DNA of 64,000 bases, taken from an uncultured Anaerolineaceae bacterium. GTDB lineage: Bacteria > Chloroflexota > Anaerolineae > Anaerolineales > E44-bin32. Shown piece by piece: positions 9,809 to 20,152 of this stretch. Position 1 is the stretch's first letter, and each line of letters begins with the position of its first letter. Below the pieces are notes generated by a model. The model had not been told where the DNA came from and made no database searches. It was given only the letters and a program-made list of their open reading frames with translations. The stretch is taken from assembly GCA_964475265.1 (NCBI GenBank), contig CAYYVY010000009.1, positions 1,002 through 65,001 of the forward strand, read 5' to 3'. The position numbers and the translations under genes are program-made.

Positions 9809-10570
9809 ATGAGAAAGGAATCTGGAATGGACACGACGCTCCTGCGACCGCGATGGGTGCGCATCTTTCAGCATGCCTGGCTATTAAATCTCGTCTTGTT
9901 CTTGATCCTGGCGGCTATTCGCTGCTGGGGTTTGTTTGGACCGGCTGGTGTGAGAATGCTGGTCATGCTGAGTTTTTTGTTGATGTGGTTCTTGCCTTTC
10001 ATCTTCTACTCAAATTCCGGACGCAATGCTGCCGGATTGAAGCGCATACAACACACTCGCTGGTTGTTCGGAGGGATGTTCATAGCCGCTCTGGCGTCGT
10101 TGATGATCTTTCTCATCGGCTATGGGTTGTACGGCTTAGGAGAGGACAATTGGTATATCAGTCTGCGAGATTCGTTTGCAATCGATGCCACCTTGAAGCA
10201 GCTGCCGCGCTTGCAGCTGTTTCTGATCTACACACTTCCCGCCGTGCTCTTTAGTCCGGTCGGTGAGGAATTCTTTTTCCGTGGCATGATCCATGCTTCG
10301 GTTGAGAAGAAATTAGGACCACGAGCAGCGACGGCGGTGAATGCGGCGGCCTTCAGTGGTGTGCATCTCTTGCATCACGGAATCAGCTGGACTTCCACAG
10401 GAATACAATTTGCTTGGATCTCGGGCTCGCTGTGGTTTATGATGATGTTGGGATTGAGTTGGTTTCTTACACACTGCCGAGAGAAGAGTGGTTCGATATG
10501 GCCTGCCGTCGCAGCGCATGCCGCGTTCAACCTCGTCACGAACGTGACGATTTTCTGGGTGTTGCTCTAG
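9809..10570 (+). CDS. CPBP (CAAX/Abi-family) intramembrane metalloprotease
   Basis: EEFFFRG, FSGVH and HAAFN motifs with multiple TM helices. Confidence 0.9.
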   Translation: MRKESGMDTTLLRPRWVRIFQHAWLLNLVLFLILAAIRCWGLFGPAGVRMLVMLSFLLMWFLPFIFYSNSGRNAAGLKRIQHTRWLFGGMFIAALASLMIFLIGYGLYGLGEDNWYISLRDSFAIDATLKQLPRLQLFLIYTLPAVLFSPVGEEFFFRGMIHASVEKKLGPRAATAVNAAAFSGVHLLHHGISWTSTGIQFAWISGSLWFMMMLGLSWFLTHCREKSGSIWPAVAAHAAFNLVTNVTIFWVLL

Positions 10571-10633
10571 ATGGCGATCATCTCACGGGAACTATTTTTT
10601 AAGTAACGGACGTTCGTAGATAGAGAGGAGAGA

Positions 10634-11152
10634 ATGGAAATGTCTCGAGCAGCAGCGGCACGATTTGTTCTCGTATTGATTGTATTATCCACAGGGTGCA
10701 GCCTGATATCTCCTGCTGCAACATCGGATACCGAAGTGTCCTTCACGATCGCCATCGATGCAGGTGTGTTTTCTGCTGAACGCCCGGTACGATTCGTATT
10801 CTGGAACGCAGCGCAATTGGAAATCGCGCAGCGGAATGCCAATTGTTCGATCTCCTACGATGCCGCGACAGAAAAGGAAGAAGTCCACTGTCCTGAAGGC
10901 GTTGTATACGAGCCGGTCACACCGCACGAGTTCGCTTTCACGCGGGATGAAATTGGCGATCGTGTCGAGCTTACCCCAGGCAATATCTACGTGGGTCAGC
11001 GCTATCGTCTTCAAATTTCCGGATTGAGTAACGATAATTGCAATTCAACCTCAGCCAGCGTCGAGGAGATCGCCCGGAGTGCAGAGGTTGTCATTGAGGA
11101 CCTCATGTGGATGACGACCATGATGGCTTGCCCGGAGCCGCTCGGGCAGTGA
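10634..11152 (+). CDS. Hypothetical lipoprotein
   Basis: Signal peptide with LSTGC lipobox; GAGGAG RBS. Confidence 0.7.
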   Translation: MEMSRAAAARFVLVLIVLSTGCSLISPAATSDTEVSFTIAIDAGVFSAERPVRFVFWNAAQLEIAQRNANCSISYDAATEKEEVHCPEGVVYEPVTPHEFAFTRDEIGDRVELTPGNIYVGQRYRLQISGLSNDNCNSTSASVEEIARSAEVVIEDLMWMTTMMACPEPLGQ

Positions 11153-11186
11153 CGGGCATAGGCACAATGTCGGAATTTATCAAAAT

Positions 11187-11216
11187 CGACGGCGGCCGGA
11201 AGTTCAGCCGCCGTCG
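11187..11216. terminator. Hairpin between convergent genes
   Basis: CGACGGCGGC-N10-GCCGCCGTCG. Confidence 0.65.
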
Positions 11217-11238
11217 TGCAATTATTCTGCACGTCAGA

Positions 11239-12282
11239 TTAGTTCATTCCACGCAAGTTCCTCGTCAAGGTTGTCTCTCGATACTCACGTGGTGTGCTTC
11301 CCGACCATTTCTTGAAGGCCTTTCTGAATACGCTTGGTTCAGAAAATCCAAGTAGATACGTAATATCTTCCACCGTGTAATTTTCACACAGATACTTCTT
11401 CGCCAGCCGTTGGCGCGTATTCTCAAGAAGTTCACGGAAGACGACTCCCTCGCTCTTCAGGTGGTTCTGAAGCGTTCGTACACTCATGGACATATCCTCT
11501 GCGATACTGCTCAGCGTGAGATTCTCACTGTCCAGGTGAGCGAGAATGTGTTTGGTTACCGCCCGAGTAGTTTTATCGACACCTTCGATCTCAGCCTGGT
11601 ATTCCTGCGCATAGCTTTCGAATTGTTCCAGCAGTTTTCGATTTGGCTGCAGCACGGGTGTATTCCCCACACGGAAATCGAATGAGATGGACGTCTGTTT
11701 CTGCTCAAACAGCACGGGGGAGCGGAAAATCCTTTCGTATTCGCTGGTCGATGCGGGCTTTGGATAGCTAAAACCAACTTCCAGCGGATCAATTTGTTGG
11801 CCTGTCAAATTTCTGCCCATACGTACCGTGCTCGAGAGGGTGGATTCAAAACAATGCCGTGATAGCACGGGTGCGTGCTTCGGTGTTGAAAGGATGATCT
11901 TTACCGTTCCCCAGCCAAGAACCGCTCTAGCCTGAATCAGATTTCCGATGATGCTCGAGTAACGGGCTGACTTTTCAGCAGCTTCGCTGAGTGTTCGGCA
12001 GTTCATCATCATGTAGCCAAGAATGGACCAACTTCCGGGTTCGGCAAATTCTCCCATGTGCAATCCGAAGTATGGATCGTTGGAAATCCGCACGGCTTCG
12101 TCCTCAATGGCAATGTAGGTTTCGATCGGGATACGCACATCGGGATTCTTCACGAAGGCAGGGTTGACGCCCGCGGATCGAAACACCTGGTCGATATCGA
12201 TTGCGAGATGCGCCAGATAACGAAGCAGCTGTGAAAGCACGGACGTGGACACGGTGATGGGAGTTTTGTTCTTCATATTCAT
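11239..12282 (-). CDS. AraC-family regulator (Arabinose_bd_2-type N-terminal domain)
   Basis: C-terminal MSVRTLQ...LLGFSEPSVFRKAFKKWSGSTPREYR. Confidence 0.93.
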   Translation of the reverse strand: MNMKNKTPITVSTSVLSQLLRYLAHLAIDIDQVFRSAGVNPAFVKNPDVRIPIETYIAIEDEAVRISNDPYFGLHMGEFAEPGSWSILGYMMMNCRTLSEAAEKSARYSSIIGNLIQARAVLGWGTVKIILSTPKHAPVLSRHCFESTLSSTVRMGRNLTGQQIDPLEVGFSYPKPASTSEYERIFRSPVLFEQKQTSISFDFRVGNTPVLQPNRKLLEQFESYAQEYQAEIEGVDKTTRAVTKHILAHLDSENLTLSSIAEDMSMSVRTLQNHLKSEGVVFRELLENTRQRLAKKYLCENYTVEDITYLLGFSEPSVFRKAFKKWSGSTPREYRETTLTRNLRGMN

Positions 12283-12477
12283 GTCGCATCAACAATACCA
12301 TGAAGCAAAATGCTGTCAATTTACGTGAATCACTTCACGCCTTGCGCAAGATGTCACGAATCCTGCGGGAATGGTCATTGTTAGACGCCCCGCCAAATAC
12401 TACAATTCCAATCGAATGCAAAAGATCAACAGGCAGCCCAATATTTTTTATGGCAGACAGGTATCAAGGAGGAAATC

Positions 12478-13236
12478 GTGGATATAATGAAAAACGACTC
12501 TGGGAAAGCGACGAAATCCGAACCCGAATCTCGCAAGCGGCTTTATCTCATGGGCGGTGCGGCTTGCCTCGTTATTGCGCTCCTGTATCTGAGCGCGGCG
12601 GCCGTTTACGTGCCCGCCATGCGGCAGGGACCGGCGCCGACCACCGTCCTGGAGTGGTTTGATTTGCTGCAAGCCGATCGTCTCGTTGGACTCTTCTACC
12701 TCGGTTTCGCCGATATACCCATCGTGATCCTTTTTGGTTTGGTGTCATTCGCACTGCACACCGCATTAAAGCAAGTGGACGAAATCTGGGCGATGATCGC
12801 CGCGCCGTTTGCCTTCGTGGGAATGGCGGTCTATCTGGCCACGAACGTGTCCTTTTCGATGCTTTCACTCAGCAGCGAGTATGCGGCTGCGACAACCGAG
12901 GCGCAGCGGTTGGCGACTCTGGCCGCAGGGCAGGCGTTGCTCAGTGTCACCCATGGAACGGGCGGAGTGGCCGGATTGGCCCTCGTTTGGCTGGCCAGCT
13001 TGATTTTCTCGATTCTCATGCTCCGCGCGCAAAGGATGAGTAAATCAACTGCCTGGATCGGGATCATCGCCTTTGCGCTGCTCGTACCCAGTTTCTTGTT
13101 CTCGGGCTACACCTATGGTGCCTCGTCCCGGATCGGAGAAGCCTTGGCCTTGGTCACCAGCATCGGTGGGGGACTGCTTTCACTGGTGTGGTACATCCTC
13201 ACGGGCTTGGGTTTGATACGGTTAGGCCGCGCGTAA
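12478..13236 (+). CDS. DUF4386-like membrane protein
   Basis: About 6 TM helices; LSSEYAAATTEAQRLATLAAG motif shared with three paralogs here. Confidence 0.7.
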   Translation: MDIMKNDSGKATKSEPESRKRLYLMGGAACLVIALLYLSAAAVYVPAMRQGPAPTTVLEWFDLLQADRLVGLFYLGFADIPIVILFGLVSFALHTALKQVDEIWAMIAAPFAFVGMAVYLATNVSFSMLSLSSEYAAATTEAQRLATLAAGQALLSVTHGTGGVAGLALVWLASLIFSILMLRAQRMSKSTAWIGIIAFALLVPSFLFSGYTYGASSRIGEALALVTSIGGGLLSLVWYILTGLGLIRLGRA

Positions 13237-13316
13237 GTTACGTTCGTTTTTGAGTAGCATTCCGGGTTACATCCCGGAATAAGCAAGTATTCTCGTTAGG
13301 GCAGGGAGAATGAAGT

Positions 13317-13979
13317 ATGACAAGTTCAAACGATGTTGGCAATTTCAGCGCCATGAAAGCCGTCGCTTCTGTGACGGGGATTCTTGTGGGCTTGACGGGT
13401 TTTGAGCACGGCTTATTCGAGGCGCTGCAGGGCAATGTCTCCATGAGCCGCGGCGTGATCGAAGCCATCGGCTCAGCGCAGCGATTCTGGGAACACGGTA
13501 TGGAGCCCGCGTTTACACTTGTCCCCAATTTTCTGCTTACCGGCGTACTGGCGATGATCGTGGGTTTGAGCATCATGATATGGTCGGCTGCATACGTTGA
13601 TCGGAATTTTAGCGCAGGGATCTTGGCACTGCTCGCCGTCGCCGTTTTTTTGGTCGGTGGTGGATTCGCGCCGCCTGTATTGGCCGTGATTCCCGTTATC
13701 GCAGCAACTCAGATCGACAAGCCGTTATCCTGGTGGCGTTCACGCCGGCCTTCGCAGACGCTGGATTTTCTGGCGGGATCGTGGAAGTGGGCCTTCACGA
13801 CTTTCATTGCCCTGGGTCTCCTGGCTGTGGTTGTTGCCATCTTCGGATATCCATTGCTGTGGTTTGTAGATGCGGATGGCACGCTTGCGACCTTGAGCAC
13901 GATGGGCAATGTCACCTTTTTCGGGCTCGGCCCGGTATCCCTGATTAGCGCATTTGCTCACGACAGTAGGAAACAGTGA
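13317..13979 (+). CDS. Hypothetical multi-pass membrane protein
   Basis: Hydrophobic; EHGLFEALQGN and EPAFTLVPNFL; GGGAG RBS. Confidence 0.7.
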   Translation: MTSSNDVGNFSAMKAVASVTGILVGLTGFEHGLFEALQGNVSMSRGVIEAIGSAQRFWEHGMEPAFTLVPNFLLTGVLAMIVGLSIMIWSAAYVDRNFSAGILALLAVAVFLVGGGFAPPVLAVIPVIAATQIDKPLSWWRSRRPSQTLDFLAGSWKWAFTTFIALGLLAVVVAIFGYPLLWFVDADGTLATLSTMGNVTFFGLGPVSLISAFAHDSRKQ

Positions 13980-14028
13980 TGTTTGATAGACTAGAGTCGC
14001 GGACTTCGATGAAGATCTACAAAGTGGG

Positions 14029-15033
14029 ATGGTCGTGAAATATAGATACATAAGCGTACCTACAAGAGGCGGTCCGGAAGTGATGCGAATCGTCGAGAAC
14101 GATCTGCGTCTTCCATCAAGAAAGGAAGCGCGTGTAAAAGTGCTTGCCGCCTCTGTTAGTTTGCCCGACGTCGAGGGGCGTTACGGCCGCAGCCCGTTTG
14201 CTCCGAAGCTGCCGTTCGTGCCCGGCTATTCGATTGTCGGCGAGGTCGATGGAGTCGGTGAAGATGCCAAGAATGTAGAAGTCGGAGCGCGGGTTGGTGC
14301 TTTGACAATTTATGGAGGCTACAGCGAGTACGTCTATCTCGCCGCAGATCAGCTCATACCCGCCCCTAAGACGGTTGACCCTGTGGAAGCCGTGCCTCTC
14401 ATTTTGAACTATATCGTCGCCTTCCAATCTATGCACCGATCTGCGAAAGTTGCAGCCGGTGAAAAGGTACTCGTCATCGGAGCCAGCGGTGGGATTGGCA
14501 CGGCATTCTTGCAATTGGGCAAACTGGCCGGGCTTAAAATGTATGGGCTTGCCTCCAAAAGTAAACATCACGTACTCACTGAATACGGTGCAACACCGAT
14601 CGACTACCACTCACAAGATTTCGTCGAAGTGATCCGCCAGGCAGAACCGGATGGTCTCGATGCGGTCTTCGACGGTATCGGAGGGGATTACATCAAGCGA
14701 GGTTTTTCTTTGCTGCGCCGTGGTGGCGTTTTCGTCGGATATGCCAATCCCTTCAGCCTTTCACGCACGTTTCGCTTTCTGGCGCAGATTGCGCTCTATA
14801 CCCTGCTGCCAAATGGAAGGAAAGCGTCGTACTATAGTACGGGACGATCCTTTCTCAACCGACGCCCTTTTTTGGAGGACTGGGCTATGCTTTTCAGACT
14901 CTTGGAAGAGGGGAAAATCCGTCCGATCATCATGCAGAAATTCCCTATTCTGGAAGCCGCGCAGGCAAATGCGTTGTTGGAAAGTGGCCAGGTCGTCGGA
15001 AATATCGTCCTCGTGGCGCCAGAAATCGCGTAG
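14029..15033 (+). CDS. Medium-chain dehydrogenase/reductase (quinone oxidoreductase-like)
   Basis: GGPEV, PFVPGY, GGYSEY, GASGGIG nucleotide-binding motif; no Zn ligands seen. Confidence 0.9.
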   Translation: MVVKYRYISVPTRGGPEVMRIVENDLRLPSRKEARVKVLAASVSLPDVEGRYGRSPFAPKLPFVPGYSIVGEVDGVGEDAKNVEVGARVGALTIYGGYSEYVYLAADQLIPAPKTVDPVEAVPLILNYIVAFQSMHRSAKVAAGEKVLVIGASGGIGTAFLQLGKLAGLKMYGLASKSKHHVLTEYGATPIDYHSQDFVEVIRQAEPDGLDAVFDGIGGDYIKRGFSLLRRGGVFVGYANPFSLSRTFRFLAQIALYTLLPNGRKASYYSTGRSFLNRRPFLEDWAMLFRLLEEGKIRPIIMQKFPILEAAQANALLESGQVVGNIVLVAPEIA

Positions 15034-15078
15034 GGATTTCCAGTGCCACATCAATCCATGATCAACATAGGTGTCAAT

Positions 15079-15456
15079 ATGAAACCAATTCAATCAGAAT
15101 TTATCTACAACGGATTGTTTTTCTTGTTTATCTTCATATCCGGATTTTGGGTTAGCCGCACTGGAAAGCCTTATGGCGTTGCCATCTTTACGGTCCACAA
15201 ATTGATCGGGTTGGCAGCGGGTATCTATCTCGGTGTTGGAGTCTATCGTACGCATCAAGCGGTGCCTCTCGGCGGTACAGAGATCGCGGCGATCGTGGTC
15301 ACGGTTGTATTGTTTATCGGCACTGTAATTGCCGGGGGGTTGTTAAGCACAGAAGAGCCTATGCCGACCTTCGTCTCGCTGATACACAAAATCTCCCCTT
15401 ATTTCATCGTGCTTTCCACGATTGTCTCTTTGTATCTCCTGCAAAACCGCAGGTAA
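15079..15456 (+). CDS. Small 4-TM membrane protein
   Basis: Four hydrophobic segments with two HK motifs (TVHKL, LIHKI). Confidence 0.65.
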   Translation: MKPIQSEFIYNGLFFLFIFISGFWVSRTGKPYGVAIFTVHKLIGLAAGIYLGVGVYRTHQAVPLGGTEIAAIVVTVVLFIGTVIAGGLLSTEEPMPTFVSLIHKISPYFIVLSTIVSLYLLQNRR

Positions 15457-15657
15457 TGGTACACGCTAATAAACGTCTGAAAAGCATGCATGCAACCATG
15501 TCCCTCCCGGGCTTGTTGCTGTTCAATGTGATCTTTTGTCACACGCTACACACTGCTAGTGGTTCTGGCCAAGGAGATTTTCCTGTTATCATAGGTGCAG
15601 TTCTTACACAATAGCAGAGGGTATTTGCCTGCCAGTTTATTCACTGGAGTGATAATC

Positions 15658-16845
15658 ATGAAAAAGTATCCGGTCATCCAACTCTTTTCGCTTATTCTCT
15701 TGGTCAGCACCATGACATCGGCTTGCAATCTCCCCGCAGCTGAGCTCGACTCGAAAGAGGATGCACTATTGGACATCGCCACAGAGACGCCTTTTTCTTT
15801 TACAACCGAAGGAGGTGAGGGGGATGGTGAGGATGACCTCGGCGATGAAGAAGACGAATCCTGCCCGGCGGCAAGATTCCGTATATCTGCGGACCACGTC
15901 TTTAATTTCAGTCCCGGACGAGCGACGGATCAGATTCTCGTGGATGGCAGCACATTGCCGGGGGTGAGTTGTTACTTTGGTGTGAGGGCTTCGGAAGATC
16001 AGCCGGGAAAATGCAGGATCGAATACACCAACGATGGGTATTACCAGACAGATGCAGACAAATGCAATCTCACCGGACAAAGCCAAGCGCTGATCGAAGT
16101 GACTGCCGGTTGTGAGGGGGATAACTACGTGCTCGAGATCTCGGATATCCCCGATCCGGATGCCGGGATCGGGGGAGTGCTCGATTGCCCGACGGTGCAG
16201 AAAACATTTCCTAACGTTACCTTTTACCCGCCGACACTTACAACTGTAACGTTTCCCACGTCGGAGAAGTCGTATCTCGCCACAGAAAATGGACCCAGCC
16301 CACTGGGTTTCGAGTATGTGAAGAACTGGGATATCGAAGTAATCACCAAGGCGCCGTGCGAGGAGATTAAATACCTGCAGAAGTATGCCGAAGCTACCCA
16401 AAAACAGATGGAGCTCTATGAAGAGCTTGCAGATGAAGCAACGAGTGCAGAGGATCTCGATCAGCGTGTTAAAGCTGCGATGGAAGAATACTTCCATAAC
16501 GAGATCGACGCCGGAACCATCGAGAATGTTGAGCCACCAAAATCCGCTGGGCATTATGACCCTTGTGTAGAGAAAAAAATCCACGTCAACTATTTTTGTA
16601 CGGGCACACAGATTATGCCCCCGTTATGTGGGTGGCTGGACGAAGGCCTCGACGTCCACGAGCAGACACATCAAAGCGACGCTGCCGCGGATGCCATGGA
16701 TACCTTTACGTATTGCAATGAGGAAAGCCCAGCAGAAGCTAAAATCGCCTCCAGGTGGGAGGTGAATGCCTACGGGAAGCAACTTGAGGTATATAACGAG
16801 CTTCTCGATATATTCAGGGACCTGTTCCCCGAGTGTTTTGAATAA
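15658..16845 (+). CDS. Cys-rich lipoprotein with C-terminal HExxH motif
   Basis: MTSAC lipobox, acidic linker, VHEQTH followed by WEVNAY. Confidence 0.7.
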   Translation: MKKYPVIQLFSLILLVSTMTSACNLPAAELDSKEDALLDIATETPFSFTTEGGEGDGEDDLGDEEDESCPAARFRISADHVFNFSPGRATDQILVDGSTLPGVSCYFGVRASEDQPGKCRIEYTNDGYYQTDADKCNLTGQSQALIEVTAGCEGDNYVLEISDIPDPDAGIGGVLDCPTVQKTFPNVTFYPPTLTTVTFPTSEKSYLATENGPSPLGFEYVKNWDIEVITKAPCEEIKYLQKYAEATQKQMELYEELADEATSAEDLDQRVKAAMEEYFHNEIDAGTIENVEPPKSAGHYDPCVEKKIHVNYFCTGTQIMPPLCGWLDEGLDVHEQTHQSDAAADAMDTFTYCNEESPAEAKIASRWEVNAYGKQLEVYNELLDIFRDLFPECFE

Positions 16846-16903
16846 TACCGACAGCGAGACCTTGTACGAAAGCTATACCGAAATATCGGTACGGCAATCT
16901 CTC

Positions 16904-16935
16904 AACCGCAACTGAATACCACTTCAGTTGCGGTT
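16904..16935. terminator. Intrinsic terminator between convergent genes
   Basis: 13-bp perfect stem AACCGCAACTGAA-N6-TTCAGTTGCGGTT. Confidence 0.75.
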
Positions 16936-17038
16936 TGCTATTACGTTCATCAACACCATAGTGTAACAGCGATGGCCAGCATGCATTGAATCTCGGCGTT
17001 CATGACCGTGCGCATGAAAAGTCAGCGATGGTTCTGGA

Positions 17039-18187
17039 TCAAGCCGTCATTTGCTTTGCGGCTAGTTTCCGATTTGCCAGTTCAACGGATGTCACGGTGA
17101 CGAGGATTGCCGCGCCAAAGAAGAAATATAAGCTGCGTCCGCCAAGACTTTCCAGCAGCGGTCCGCCAACGAGCCCGCCTACCGCCATCCCAATTCCGAA
17201 AACCATGGCGGCGAACAGACCCTGGGCGGTCGTGCTCAAACCTGGCGGAGCGTTTTCGTCGGCGTAGGACACTCCCGCCACCCACATCGTGGGGAAATTG
17301 AGCCCATTCAGAAGTTGGATAAACAGGGCGATGATGGGGGATGTGGCTAGCGCGAAGAGAAACATGCGCAGGGACGTCAGGATCATCGACAATATCAGTA
17401 ATCTGTACGATCCGAATCGCTTGACGAGTCGATTGCTGAAGAACACGATCGGGATTTCAGAGATCGTGCCGACCGTTAGCGCGAGTCCCATGGTGGCCTC
17501 GCTCGCCCCCAATTCGTCCATGTAGGGGAAGAAGTAATTGTTGATCGCGGAGAGCGATAATCCGCCTGCAAAGGCCACGATCAAGAACAGGACCCAGCAC
17601 GGATCGGCCAGTAAGGAACGAATTTTGCCACCAATTGGATTGTTGTCCTCAATTTGGCCATACTCTAATTTCTGGCTGATGAAGAAATTCAGCAGGAACA
17701 ATGCGGCGCAGCCCCAGAAAGCGAACTTCAAACCAAAATTCTGTACGATGGTTCCCGACACCGCCGCGGCCAATCCATAGCCGATCGAACCGCCGACGCG
17801 AACTCGACCGTAGAGTTCTTTCTCGTCGGCCAACATGTGCATGGTGGCGCTGTCCACGAAAGGTGAGATCGGGGCGAAAAAGGCGTTGAGCAGGATGGCG
17901 ATGATTAAAATTGGCAAGAAGGTCGATGCGAGAGGATATATCACCAGCATCGTGATTCCCAATATAATCGCCAGACTCATGATCAAGCGGTGGCGGTGCG
18001 TCGCATCGGCGAGAGCCGACCACAACGGTGCGACAAAAAAGGTCACCAATGGCGTGATGCCCGTCAGTATGCCGATTTGTGCACCGCTAAAACCCAATCT
18101 CTGATAGTAGAGCACGATGAACGGCGACACAAAGGCCGTGGATGCAAAAAGTATGAAATTGAAACTAAACGGCCAGATTTTCTTCAT
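17039..18187 (-). CDS. MFS transporter (MFS_1-like)
   Basis: About 12 TM helices; LADATHRHR and YGRVRVGGSIGY. Confidence 0.88.
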   Translation of the reverse strand: MKKIWPFSFNFILFASTAFVSPFIVLYYQRLGFSGAQIGILTGITPLVTFFVAPLWSALADATHRHRLIMSLAIILGITMLVIYPLASTFLPILIIAILLNAFFAPISPFVDSATMHMLADEKELYGRVRVGGSIGYGLAAAVSGTIVQNFGLKFAFWGCAALFLLNFFISQKLEYGQIEDNNPIGGKIRSLLADPCWVLFLIVAFAGGLSLSAINNYFFPYMDELGASEATMGLALTVGTISEIPIVFFSNRLVKRFGSYRLLILSMILTSLRMFLFALATSPIIALFIQLLNGLNFPTMWVAGVSYADENAPPGLSTTAQGLFAAMVFGIGMAVGGLVGGPLLESLGGRSLYFFFGAAILVTVTSVELANRKLAAKQMTA

Positions 18188-18242
18188 CTTTGTTCAGGCT
18201 TTCGATTGGAGCTAGTATAGATCCCAAGTTGCCTAAAATACG

Positions 18243-18271
18243 GAGGTGCGGCTTTGGATTAGCCGCACCTC
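18243..18271 (-). terminator. Hairpin, probable terminator between the 18404 gene and the MFS gene
   Basis: 11-bp stem GAGGTGCGGCT-N7-AGCCGCACCTC followed by GTATTTT on the minus strand. Confidence 0.55.
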
Positions 18272-18403
18272 GATTTATGCGGAGCCCACATTATACATTA
18301 ACGCGTGGAATTGAGACGCGTGATCCGCTTATATGCGCAGACTCCGGGTGTCCGATACAGAATGGACGTGGGATTGAGCTGTCTGCGCTTTACTCCGGAT
18401 GAT

Positions 18404-18715
18404 TTATTCTCGTCTGCGGGAAACCCTGCCGGCACCCCGGCTGCCGCCGCCCGTGATGATCATCGCACCGATGGCAAAGCCCAAATCGTACCAACCGCCG
18501 TTGTTGTAGACTTCGTACATACTCACTTTTTGGTTGAAAAGCGAGATCACGAAGGTCACAGGAGCGATGATCCCGTGCCACAAGCCCTGCCAAAATCCTG
18601 CCACCTCTCCTTGCGGATTTTTTATATCCTGCAATTGGTTCGGCCCAGGCGCACAAGCGGCCAGCGTCAGTAGAATCATGATCGCCAGGATAACCAAGAG
18701 ATGTTTCTTCATCAT
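18404..18715 (-). CDS. Small hypothetical membrane lipoprotein
   Basis: LAAC lipobox; AGFWQGLWHG...YEVYNNGGWYDLGF; AGGAG RBS. Confidence 0.75.
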   Translation of the reverse strand: MMKKHLLVILAIMILLTLAACAPGPNQLQDIKNPQGEVAGFWQGLWHGIIAPVTFVISLFNQKVSMYEVYNNGGWYDLGFAIGAMIITGGGSRGAGRVSRRRE

Positions 18716-18831
18716 TTCTCTCCTCCTTGATGATAGGATCTTTCAAAGACTTTGCGGGTTGGCCTTTACCCACATCATTGTAAATGTGAATTCAGCTTTC
18801 GGCACGTCCATTTGGGAATACATATTATGCC

Positions 18832-19359
18832 TTATTTACGGTTCGGCAGTAGAAGCGGAGCGATGCTTTCGGTCCAGGCGTGAATGGCATCCCAATTGCG
18901 GTGGTCGCCCTGCGACCATACACCCAATACAACGCTGAGCCGAAACAACAGCCGATCTTTAAGCGCCGGCACTTTGCGGATGTCCAGGACACCGGCGAAA
19001 TAACCTTCGGCGACCGGTCTGACCAGCGCTCGGAGTGGATCGAGGAAGGATTCAGCTTGTTTGAGGTACTTCCCGTTTCCAATGGCCAACGTCATGCACA
19101 CCAGGAAGACGGCGCACGGTTTTTGGTTTAACGCAGTGTGGTGGGTGCGAACGAATCGCAGCGCCTCCGGCAACCATTGCTTGTTTTGGATTGCACTGCC
19201 AAGGACAACCGCACAGTATGGATTTAGGTCGCGTACATGCTGCATCGAACAGACATCGACCTGCGCAGTCCTTTCCGCCAGAGTCTTGCCGATGGCTTCT
19301 GCCACACCGGCGGTTGAACCAGTCCGGCTGGCATAAGCTACGAGGATCTTGTTTGTCAT
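18832..19359 (-). CDS. Flavodoxin-domain protein (HemG-like)
   Basis: ILVAYASRTGSTAGVA, VVLGSAI, GDHRNWDAI; start moved to ATG 19359 (AGGAG RBS). Confidence 0.88.
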   Translation of the reverse strand: MTNKILVAYASRTGSTAGVAEAIGKTLAERTAQVDVCSMQHVRDLNPYCAVVLGSAIQNKQWLPEALRFVRTHHTALNQKPCAVFLVCMTLAIGNGKYLKQAESFLDPLRALVRPVAEGYFAGVLDIRKVPALKDRLLFRLSVVLGVWSQGDHRNWDAIHAWTESIAPLLLPNRK

Positions 19360-19370
19360 TTCGTAGACTC

Positions 19371-20084
19371 CTAAACCGCTAGAGAGGCATCGCGCCCGAG
19401 TTGGAAAAACCTCCGCCCGAGTTGAACGTACCAGATCACATATCCCGGAAGACACAGGAATAATAAGTATGTCCCGACGACCGGCACGAAGAAGAGGCAC
19501 ACGGCCAGATTGGTGAGGATGCCGACGTAGGCCGTCGCTTTGCTGAAGAGCTTGCTGCGCAGCATCAGCAGCGAGCTGATAAGCAGTGATAGGCCTCCCA
19601 GGAATGTGTTGGCCAGATAGGCCGTGCCATTGAATTGCGCGAGCGTAGCTTCCCCAGCGGCCAAAAATCGGTTTTTCACCAGATCGCTCGTCGCTGCAGC
19701 ATAACCGTCACTCAGGGTGAATAATTCTGCTATGGGTCTCGCCGGCACGATTAATATAGCCGCCAACAATCCCAACACCAAGGCGATCAATGCATACGAT
19801 TCGTTGACCTGCTTCAAGGAAACGTACAGGGTAAGAAACAGCAAGAGCCCGATGAAGTTACTGAGAAACAACAGGAAATCCAGCGACATCAATCCCCCGA
19901 AGCGGTCGCTTTGAAGCGTTGCGTAGATTTCAAGCGTGGAGGCCGATCCCGGTGTGTACGGCCAGATGGCGAAGGCAATGCCTCCCAGGACGATCAGCAA
20001 TTCCAAGATGATGGCCGTAAATCCACCGATTTTATAGATGTCCTTCCAGCGAGGATCTGCGGAATAGGTGTTTTTTGTATTCAT
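19371..20084 (-). CDS. DUF4386-like membrane protein
   Basis: LSDGYAAATSD...FLAAGE; ATG 20084 downstream of AAGGAG. Confidence 0.7.
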   Translation of the reverse strand: MNTKNTYSADPRWKDIYKIGGFTAIILELLIVLGGIAFAIWPYTPGSASTLEIYATLQSDRFGGLMSLDFLLFLSNFIGLLLFLTLYVSLKQVNESYALIALVLGLLAAILIVPARPIAELFTLSDGYAAATSDLVKNRFLAAGEATLAQFNGTAYLANTFLGGLSLLISSLLMLRSKLFSKATAYVGILTNLAVCLFFVPVVGTYLLFLCLPGYVIWYVQLGRRFFQLGRDASLAV

Positions 20085-20152
20085 GGGTATCCATAATCTC
20101 CTTTTAATTTCCATTGATGGTGGATGAATGTATATCTCGTCGGATTGGCTAT

